Below are positions 20,618-28,524 of a stretch of 64,000 nucleotides of DNA, piece by piece (the stretch's first letter is position 1; every line of letters starts with the position of its first letter). This DNA comes from a virus (taxonomy: Duplodnaviria > Caudoviricetes). The notes below the pieces were generated by a model, which ran no database searches, was not told the origin of the DNA, and worked only from the letters and a program-made list of their open reading frames with translations. The DNA lies in IMG/VR virus record IMGVR_UViG_3300034061_006011. The stretch is one strand, 5' to 3'. The position numbers and the translations under genes are program-made.

Positions 20618-21301
20618 TTATTCTGAATCTGAGGAATAAGTGCCTATACCATAGTACTCTTTAATCTTATCAATCGCATCATTGTAAAGAATTGTTGCAT
20701 AAGAAGGACGAATATTCAATTCTGCCGCAATATCTTTATTCATTACATCCTCAGACCTGCGAGTCAAAATAATCTTCTGCCTTGGACTCAAATTGGGAAC
20801 CCTTAACAAATCCTCTAATCCCATCTTTTCAGACGATGGATCATCAGCAAATGAACTAGGCTCATGAATAGTACCAACTGTGTTAAAACTCACATTTCCT
20901 TTCTCACTCTTCCAATTATTACGCCTTATAATGTCCACAACAGATGCTCTAATCATGTTTGTAATCAAACCACCAATTAAATTGTAATTCAATTTTCTAT
21001 TTCTTATTTTTTTTTCAACCGTATTGTGAACCCTCAGCAAAGTCCTGTTGATAATGTCCTCTTCATCAACAATGTTTCTTATAACCATTCTACGCTGATA
21101 AGGCAAAAGACTATTCCTAAAACAATTTCTTATATTATTGTCCAATCTATCATAAAACTTTTCCTTCTTACCCAAATTATCAGAATACCATAAAAATAAA
21201 TTCTCCAAATTCCTCTTACACTTAAAAATTATCTCGGCTGCTTCTGGATCTACAGATTCATGAAAATCTCTATTAATAACATATTCAAAAAATGTTTTCA
21301 T
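20618..21301 (-). CDS. tagged ECF-like sigma factor (MKTFFEYV...HES)
   Basis: region-2-like EDIINRTLLRV...IRASVVDIIRR; region-4 HTH LSPRQKIIL...KDIAAELNI. Confidence 0.7.
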   Translation of the reverse strand: MKTFFEYVINRDFHESVDPEAAEIIFKCKRNLENLFLWYSDNLGKKEKFYDRLDNNIRNCFRNSLLPYQRRMVIRNIVDEEDIINRTLLRVHNTVEKKIRNRKLNYNLIGGLITNMIRASVVDIIRRNNWKSEKGNVSFNTVGTIHEPSSFADDPSSEKMGLEDLLRVPNLSPRQKIILTRRSEDVMNKDIAAELNIRPSYATILYNDAIDKIKEYYGIGTYSSDSE

Positions 21302-21381
21302 AATAAACTATATATTCCACTAAACAAAAAAATCACACCACATCTCTATAAATTAAATCCACAAATAAGCATAAATACTAC

Positions 21382-21762
21382 ATGATCACTTTCAAACAAT
21401 TCCTAGAATCCTACAGAATGGAAGACCAAACCTTCTCCGATAACAACGGCACCTACTCCGTACCACAAATAGTCAACTACGCAACAGAAAACAAAACAAT
21501 AAAAGAAATGCCATTAGAACCCCTACTACATAACCTAGAACCATCCCCACACGAAGAAGGTGATGAACTACCCGGTCATCCAGAATTTATCAAAAGAACT
21601 GAACTAACTGACCTCAAATACCCAATCATTATCGTCAAATACCCAGACGGTCTCTTTATCGCTGACGGTGTCCATAGACTAGCAAAAGCTCACTCCCTAA
21701 ACCAACAAACTATCAAAGCTTATGTCCTAGACCAAAATGAATTAGAACAATTCAAAATGTAA
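21382..21762 (+). CDS. tagged ParB/Sulfiredoxin-like domain protein (MITFKQFLES)
   Basis: YPIIIV...IADGVHRLAKA. Confidence 0.7.
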   Translation: MITFKQFLESYRMEDQTFSDNNGTYSVPQIVNYATENKTIKEMPLEPLLHNLEPSPHEEGDELPGHPEFIKRTELTDLKYPIIIVKYPDGLFIADGVHRLAKAHSLNQQTIKAYVLDQNELEQFKM

Positions 21763-21768
21763 CATTCT

Positions 21769-22563
21769 TCAAGACTCAATCCAATCCTGTCCATTATGAA
21801 CTAAAATTTTAGTCACAGGTAAAGAACTTTCTCCTGTGTACTTCAAAGCCATAGGATTCTTTCCATAATTATTCTGGAAAAACCAAGATTCCAGTTTTTT
21901 ATGCAATTCTGGATTCCGATCCTGATGTCCATAATAAAAAGGAGCTATATTAGATGCTGCTCCTGCACTGTAATAAGGGTTATCATTCAACAAAGGATCA
22001 CGAACACTTCCTATTCTACCGGGAAATTTACCATACAAACTTCTGGCTACAGGATTCTTCTTGATAGTCGAAAATGGAATTGGCTCGGCATCAATACCAG
22101 TCAACTTTTCTCCAACTTCATCCTTTGACAAATATTCTTTTGTCTTGTCTGTTAAATTAACATCTCCCAACTTGTTCAGCTTTCCAACTCTTTTAGAAGC
22201 ATAAGTAAGAATGTCCTTCGCATGATTCTCAATGTCCAAATCCCATTCACCAAAATCAATATTTGGAACATCTATTACAACAACTATAGGATTACCCTCT
22301 AAAGAACCCTTCAAACCATACAATTCTCTGTTCATACGAGCCAAAGCATGAGTTTTTGCGCTTTCATCCGATGTCCAAAGAAATAAACCACCTCCCTGAC
22401 CATGACCGTATCCCGAAGACCTAGCACCATCCCTCTTAAATGAATTCAATACCTCATCGTTCTTTCCAGAACTAGTTCCATGATAAAACCTGAAAGGACC
22501 ATTAATAACAATATCATGTGAATAACCTTCATCATGTCGAAGCCACTCTTTGAAATTATCCAT
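21769..22563 (-). CDS. tagged ART-fold protein (MDNFKEWL...DE)
   Basis: FYHGTS...GHGQGGGLFLWT. Confidence 0.65.
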   Translation of the reverse strand: MDNFKEWLRHDEGYSHDIVINGPFRFYHGTSSGKNDEVLNSFKRDGARSSGYGHGQGGGLFLWTSDESAKTHALARMNRELYGLKGSLEGNPIVVVIDVPNIDFGEWDLDIENHAKDILTYASKRVGKLNKLGDVNLTDKTKEYLSKDEVGEKLTGIDAEPIPFSTIKKNPVARSLYGKFPGRIGSVRDPLLNDNPYYSAGAASNIAPFYYGHQDRNPELHKKLESWFFQNNYGKNPMALKYTGESSLPVTKILVHNGQDWIES

Positions 22564-22637
22564 AATGTTTATATATAAAAAATCCAGAAAAATATCAACC
22601 CTCTACACAAATTAAATCAACATACATAAATATAACC

Positions 22638-23720
22638 ATGAACTTTAAACAATGGCTCATCAACGAAGAAATTTATCCCAATAACACCGCTACGGTTTAT
22701 CATAGGACTGAACACGCTAGCAATATTGAAAGAATTCTACAATCTGGATACAAAACCGGTGGTGGTCAAATGTATGGTAATGGTCTTTACACTACCATCT
22801 CACTAGAAAGCCAATTTAAAAGTTATATGAGCATATATGGTAATTATGTTATCAAGTTTCATGTCACCGATCTTGATAAATATCTTGTATTCCACCCCAA
22901 TATGGCTAAAAAAATTCATGGTCAAAATTACAAAATCAGTGATCAATTGAAAAATTTTAATTTAGCAGGAAGCTTTACAGAAGATAAACTTAGACAATAC
23001 GATGAAGCACAAGAAAAAACCGGAACTGTTAATGGTAATAATGCAGTTAAATTTTGTAGAGAAAATATTGGGATACTGCATACAATAAAAGGCATTATTT
23101 ATTATGGAACAAATGATGGCTATTGTTTAGTAAAATATAAACCAGTGAACGATAATACAATAAAAATGCTTGGTTACGCAGAAGCACAAGTTGAAGATAT
23201 CAATAAAATGAACGAACTGTACGCAAATAAAGGATGGAATACATCAACAGATAAAGCTAACATCAAAGATATACAAGATTTAGAACCAGATCAAAGAGAA
23301 AAATACGCAACAATTACTCCAAATAATTTGAAATCTGTATCAGAAATTGTAACCCTTATAAAGGATGAAAAATCTAATTTTGAAGAAATATTCGAATACA
23401 TAAAGAGAAATAAATTAATAGATCAAAAATACAAAAATACTATTGTAAGACTTATATTAAAATATAAAAAAGAAATATCCGTGGAACAATTGCTAGAACT
23501 AGTAAAATACAAAAAAGAAATCTCCATAGAAGAATTAATTGAACTAATAAATTACAAAAAAGAAATCTCCATTAAACAATTACTAGAACTAATGAAATAT
23601 ACAAACATGTCCACATCAGAAAGAGAAAAATTTATTGCAACTTACTTACCAGAAAAAGTAAATTCAATTAAACAATATGTTAACGATCCATCAAACTTTA
23701 CTTCAACACATGATGATTAA
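22638..23720 (+). CDS. tagged PARP-like ADP-ribosyltransferase (MNFKQWLINEE)
   Basis: VYHRT...ILQSGY...MYGNGLYTT; three 14-aa C-terminal repeats KYKKEIS.E.L.EL. Confidence 0.7.
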   Translation: MNFKQWLINEEIYPNNTATVYHRTEHASNIERILQSGYKTGGGQMYGNGLYTTISLESQFKSYMSIYGNYVIKFHVTDLDKYLVFHPNMAKKIHGQNYKISDQLKNFNLAGSFTEDKLRQYDEAQEKTGTVNGNNAVKFCRENIGILHTIKGIIYYGTNDGYCLVKYKPVNDNTIKMLGYAEAQVEDINKMNELYANKGWNTSTDKANIKDIQDLEPDQREKYATITPNNLKSVSEIVTLIKDEKSNFEEIFEYIKRNKLIDQKYKNTIVRLILKYKKEISVEQLLELVKYKKEISIEELIELINYKKEISIKQLLELMKYTNMSTSEREKFIATYLPEKVNSIKQYVNDPSNFTSTHDD

Positions 23721-23766
23721 TATCAACCCTCTACACAAATTAAATCAACATACATAAATACACATC

Positions 23767-24048
23767 ATGAAACTTAAAGATAAAGCTACCATCAAAACAA
23801 ATTTTCCAGAAGCTGACTTTTGGATCGTTCGCAGAGGATCAGAATCAGACGTTGGTAAACCTACCAAAAAATTTAGCGAATATCACATAGGAATTAAAGT
23901 TACATCTGATGACCTATTACCAGATTATCTCTACTACGCAATGACATATCTCTACAACCAAGGATACTATAAACCATTAGCCACAGGAATGTCAAGCTTG
24001 GTAAACATACAAGTTAAAGATGTTAAAAATATTAAAATGGGCGAATAA
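23767..24048 (+). CDS. small protein resembling a type I R-M HsdS target-recognition fragment
   Basis: ADFWIVRRGS..VGKP...IGIKV...LPDYLYY...G...NI pattern; recognised from memory. Confidence 0.55.
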   Translation: MKLKDKATIKTNFPEADFWIVRRGSESDVGKPTKKFSEYHIGIKVTSDDLLPDYLYYAMTYLYNQGYYKPLATGMSSLVNIQVKDVKNIKMGE

Positions 24049-24099
24049 TAAAACCACACTACCTCTACACAAATTAAATCAACATACATAAATATAACC

Positions 24100-24693
24100 A
24101 TGAACTTTAAAGAATTTATTTATAATGAAACATCAACAGCTAGCCTAGACCTCGTTGGCTATAACTGCCGTCAAATAGAACCAGACACAGATCCACACTT
24201 CGGTCAAGTACATGTCTCTGGTCCCAGCGAAGAAGACATGAGTGCTGAAGTATTCGTCAAAAGATATATCGAAAATATCATAGAAGAAAAGGACTACTAC
24301 GAATTCATAAAAGAATATGGAGACGATCCATATGAGAAAAATCAATCACTCACAACAGAACGCCAACAATGGATGGTAAAAGCTGCCAATTTTCTTAACA
24401 AAAAAGGATACAGAATGCTATTCTGCGGCGATAAACCAGAAAAAATCTATGGAGAAAATTGCTACGCAGTCTATATCGATAAAACAAAAATTATTAATAT
24501 CACACGTCGTGACTATTACCCAATGACAGACGAAATAGACGAAATCACAGAAGAAACTATCATCACTTGGAAAATACCATACAACCCAATCCTCGTAAAT
24601 ATCAAAACATTACCAACAAAATTACCAAAACCAATTCCACTCATCAGACCAAGAAGACGATCAGATCGAAATGGAGATCACGAATTCCTATAA
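24100..24693 (+). CDS. tagged hypothetical protein (MNFKEFIYNE)
   Basis: late cassette upstream, tag motif. Confidence 0.65.
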   Translation: MNFKEFIYNETSTASLDLVGYNCRQIEPDTDPHFGQVHVSGPSEEDMSAEVFVKRYIENIIEEKDYYEFIKEYGDDPYEKNQSLTTERQQWMVKAANFLNKKGYRMLFCGDKPEKIYGENCYAVYIDKTKIINITRRDYYPMTDEIDEITEETIITWKIPYNPILVNIKTLPTKLPKPIPLIRPRRRSDRNGDHEFL

Positions 24694-24773
24694 CCCAATA
24701 CCAGAAATATTACACACCACTTCTACACAAATTAAATCAACATACATAAATACACCTGAGCAAATCATAACAC

Positions 24774-25682
24774 CTAATAAATCCGTTCTCCTCTGACGGA
24801 CTCACTCGTCCTCTGCTTCCATTGGTCCCTTAAAACATCTCTTCGCATCATAGCTGCCTTGGAAAACGGCTCAACAGCCAAATGTGCAGCCGGAAGGTCA
24901 AATGCCTGCTGCGGCGTTTCTCCCACCAATAAGTCCTTCACAGTCATAGTTGTTACTGATTTCCCACCCTTATCAAATGTATTTACAAAAATAGTTGTAT
25001 TCATAGTAGCAGGCTGATACAGGAGAGCTTCATCATCACTAGTTGACCTGACACGCTGATTCTTGGCACAAATAGCCTTAAGGCAATTTATCAATTTCTC
25101 CTTGTCATACGAATACATGTCGAAATTGTTGGCACCCCTCACAAGTATCATACCAGCATCCTTCATCGCCTCTACTTCAAGCTGCTCTTCTCCATGACCC
25201 ATAGCTATCTTCTGCAAAATTGATGAAGCCGATCCCAAAGCCTCATCCAACCCTTTAGCCATTATTTGCTCAATATAATTTTCACATTCTTTATCATTAT
25301 TATACACATCAGAGGATATCATGTCGCTAATTACCGAATACATCAAACCAAAATTTTCATGATTGATGTATGTCTTATCGGAAGGAGGAAAAAAGAAACC
25401 GGAAGAATGAACATGACCACGCCTGACATCTCTCTCTTCTCTCTCAAGCTTTTCCTTGTTAACACAAGGATTGTTCCTAAAATTAGTATAAAAATCAAAT
25501 AAAGCTTTTTTGTATTTCGTGACATAATATTGCGATATTAAATCTGTATGTCCTCTGGATCTGTCAGATCTTATGGCATTCTGCAACTTACCATTTGGAT
25601 AATATATCCATTCGCCCTTGATGCAGGACTCTCCTTCACTCTCATTTTCTCTCATCAAAACCCAATCCATAAAACGAATCAT
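24774..25682 (-). CDS. tagged hypothetical protein (MIRFMDWVLMRENE)
   Basis: 302-aa ORF, GGAG RBS. Confidence 0.65.
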   Translation of the reverse strand: MIRFMDWVLMRENESEGESCIKGEWIYYPNGKLQNAIRSDRSRGHTDLISQYYVTKYKKALFDFYTNFRNNPCVNKEKLEREERDVRRGHVHSSGFFFPPSDKTYINHENFGLMYSVISDMISSDVYNNDKECENYIEQIMAKGLDEALGSASSILQKIAMGHGEEQLEVEAMKDAGMILVRGANNFDMYSYDKEKLINCLKAICAKNQRVRSTSDDEALLYQPATMNTTIFVNTFDKGGKSVTTMTVKDLLVGETPQQAFDLPAAHLAVEPFSKAAMMRRDVLRDQWKQRTSESVRGERIY

Positions 25683-25731
25683 ATAATCTCCAATATTTAA
25701 TTACCCATGTATATTTATTCCAAATAATTAA

Positions 25732-25941
25732 AAACCTCACCCAATAGAACAACTAAAAGCCAAAAGAATTAAAATAACCATCAACCCCGGAGATTGGGTC
25801 TGCCTCACAAGAAATTATGCAAAAGAACACGGAGAAGGAAGCCTGAATAACGTATTCAAAATAATATCCAAAACAGTACCAGCTAAACACCTATTCACTA
25901 ACGGTGACATGCTACAAGAATTCGGTTACGACCCTTCTTAA
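25732..25941 (+). pseudogene. 5'-truncated remnant of an ART-like domain
   Basis: 69 open codons with no start: ...INPGDWVCLTRNYAKEHGE...KTVPAKHLFTNGDMLQEFGYDPS*. Confidence 0.65.
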
Positions 25942-25948
25942 TACACAT

Positions 25949-26545
25949 TTATACCGCACGAATATTTTGTAAAAATTTCTTCTTTTCCAAAGGACTCGAC
26001 TCCATTGTCAAATTCTCTGGAATAGATGGATAACCCTTCGGAACATATTCCCTTTCATATATATCTCTCCTCATCCATTGATTTATTTTTACCGAAACAT
26101 ATGAAGGAAATAAACCCTTGATGGCAAAAATATCATACGCATCTCTGCGACCTTCAGGATTCGTTATTATTCCAGTAACAGGATTGGCAGTTTTTGTTTT
26201 TGACGGACTCCATATCAGATAATCAGGATTATTATTTTTGATAAACTCACCAATTGCATAAAAAACAGCACCAATCACCTTAATACCAACTCCACGCCTC
26301 TCATCCTTAGAATTGTTACTTCCCCTTTTAAACTCAACTTCATAACTATTCGATTTCAACTCCTCAAACCAGACCAAATAACACCACTTGGGACTACAAT
26401 CATCACCCTCAACATCGAAGTAAAACAAATCATTGCGACTCCACTCCGAATGCTTCGGCTTACCTCCATCAGTTCCCACAATAGTCATCTCGCTTAACCA
26501 CAAATAATCATCTGTTCGGTCCAAATATTCAAAAAATGTTTTCAT
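25949..26545 (-). CDS. tagged hypothetical protein (MKTFFEYLDR)
   Basis: start moved to 26545; 25 bp around the start identical to the sigma gene at 21301. Confidence 0.65.
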   Translation of the reverse strand: MKTFFEYLDRTDDYLWLSEMTIVGTDGGKPKHSEWSRNDLFYFDVEGDDCSPKWCYLVWFEELKSNSYEVEFKRGSNNSKDERRGVGIKVIGAVFYAIGEFIKNNNPDYLIWSPSKTKTANPVTGIITNPEGRRDAYDIFAIKGLFPSYVSVKINQWMRRDIYEREYVPKGYPSIPENLTMESSPLEKKKFLQNIRAV

Positions 26546-26549
26546 AATA

Positions 26550-27713
26550 TCAACTGCCCCTTCTATCCATAATAACTTCACCCCTGCAACCATCTATAAT
26601 TGAATGGTAAGAGGCTGCAATTTCATTAAATCTACTGTCCAAACCATCTAGCAAACTATCAAAATTTTCCGGTTCCCTACCTGCAAATAATTTTTGCAAC
26701 TTTACTTTGTAATTAGGATCAACTATCGGCAACCTTCCTCCTTGAGTTAACCAAAATACAAATATCTCCATTTGTAACTCCCCAGAATTTAAAGCCTGTT
26801 GTAAATCCATTTTCGATTTTATAAATTGACCCGATCTGGCTCCAGATATTATCTTAAACGCTTCCTTTATACTCCAAATACTAGGAAACAAAATTGTTAG
26901 AAAATCTATAGTTATATTCCCTATTCTTTTTTGTATTTCTTCATCAGTATACAAAGCTTCTTTATTACCATCTTTCAACACATCAATCCAACCTTGATAA
27001 AACTGTGGATACATCGGACTAACCAAAAAGTCTTTCAAAAGTTCCTTAACTAAATTTTCAGCTCTAACACAATCCTCCTGAATTTTATTCATGTATGTGT
27101 TGCCATAATCTGCTGTACGAGCAAGTGACCCTCTATCAAAAATACCATGTGCAAATGTGTGAAGAATCAACCAAGGAGTCAAAGGATCAGCAGCAGTACT
27201 CGTCTTCATGTAAACAATATCATTCTCACTTATGTTCATTCCGTCACGACCATAAAAATAATTTTTTAATTGATTGTAGTTGTCTTTAGTTAACTCTTTA
27301 CTTATGGTAAATCCTGACTTAATATCATCTTTAGGATAACCAAAATAGAAATGTATGTTCACAATACCAAGCTTCTCTAACTTCTTTTCAAGACCAGACA
27401 TTATCAATTTAAAATTTCTAGGATTCTCTATAATTTTCTTGTCACCACCTTTAAAATTGTGATCCCAACCAGAACTACCATATCGACTACCAACATCATC
27501 AGAATCAATATCCTTGTCTGGAAAATGCTTTTTATACTCATCACCATAATTTGAACCAAATTGAGAAGACCAACCATAATCATTAGACGGCGGCTGATTT
27601 TGCAAACCCTGTGAAAGATTATGCTGAACCGGATAACCTCCAACTGACCCTAAAACTTCATCAATTGTAAATTTATTGTCATTAATCAAAAACCACTCTT
27701 TAAATCTTTTCAT
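26550..27713 (-). CDS. tagged protein with degenerate zincin motif (MKRFKEWFL)
   Basis: PLTPWLILHTFAHGI...ELQMEIF. Confidence 0.65.
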   Translation of the reverse strand: MKRFKEWFLINDNKFTIDEVLGSVGGYPVQHNLSQGLQNQPPSNDYGWSSQFGSNYGDEYKKHFPDKDIDSDDVGSRYGSSGWDHNFKGGDKKIIENPRNFKLIMSGLEKKLEKLGIVNIHFYFGYPKDDIKSGFTISKELTKDNYNQLKNYFYGRDGMNISENDIVYMKTSTAADPLTPWLILHTFAHGIFDRGSLARTADYGNTYMNKIQEDCVRAENLVKELLKDFLVSPMYPQFYQGWIDVLKDGNKEALYTDEEIQKRIGNITIDFLTILFPSIWSIKEAFKIISGARSGQFIKSKMDLQQALNSGELQMEIFVFWLTQGGRLPIVDPNYKVKLQKLFAGREPENFDSLLDGLDSRFNEIAASYHSIIDGCRGEVIMDRRGS

Positions 27714-27851
27714 AATACATATCTATCCCACAAAAACAAAAACCCTACCACCCCCAAAAAAATACCCCGGCGCATTTTTTTAAACCCCATACCTTCATAT
27801 ATTTTTAACCTATTACCACATATACACAATACCATGTCACAACATTTCTGT

Positions 27852-27975
27852 AAAATGAAATAAAATTATTCCAGATTTTTAGAAAATGAAATAAAATTAT
27901 TCCAGATTTTTAGAAAATGAAATAAAATTATTCCAAAATTTTAGAAAATGAAATAAAATTATTCCAAAATTTTTT
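27852..27975. repeat. 4 x 31-bp AT-rich tandem repeat
   Basis: AAAATGAAATAAAATTATTCCA(G/A)A(T/A)TTTTAG. Confidence 0.95.
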
Positions 27976-28156
27976 AAATAAATCAAGATGAACAACAAAA
28001 GGGAGCCATGATGGCGGGGGGATACCCCCCTACCCCACTCTCTTTTGGGGAATGTCAAGTGCAATTATGTTATGGCAACTTTGTAACATAATTAAAAAAC
28101 CCCTATAAAACAAGTGCGGCGCAATTGTGTTATCACGCCGCCTGCCTATTCTGTTA

Positions 28157-28339
28157 TCACCTTACCCACTTCATAGTTATGTTAGCCTGAACCTTTGGCT
28201 TATCCCCCTCCCATTCAGTATTGATATTCACTTCTGTTATCTGCCTTGTCGGCTTGCGGTCATGGTGTTGAACGTGTTGGCAACCTACCGACAACACCAC
28301 AACCAATAACATAATTAACCTTACCATGGTCATCATCCT
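28157..28339 (-). CDS. small putative lipoprotein
   Basis: hydrophobic signal ending in LSVG-C lipobox; start approximate. Confidence 0.55.
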   Translation of the reverse strand, partial: RMMTMVRLIMLLVVVLSVGCQHVQHHDRKPTRQITEVNINTEWEGDKPKVQANITMKWVR

Positions 28340-28524
28340 TGAATGCCGATTGATCCCCACACTACTATTATCGGCATTCAACCAACCAGACTTGAACCAA
28401 CCTAAAGATTCTTCCTAACCACATTTTAGTATCCTAAGTTTGTCCGCATTGTCTCAATTGAAATAACAATAAAAAAACCCCCTTCTCCGGGTGGAGAAGG
28501 GGGCTGTTGATTATTGTTAGCCTA

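Larger units (their letters stand above)
22600..24752 (+). repeat. four copies of a ~35-50 bp late-promoter cassette CTCTACACAAATTAAATCAACATACATAAATA (about 22600, 23728, 24062, 24722)
   Basis: near-identical copies read directly; copies at 22600 and 24062 stay identical through ATGAACTTTAAA. Confidence 0.9.
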
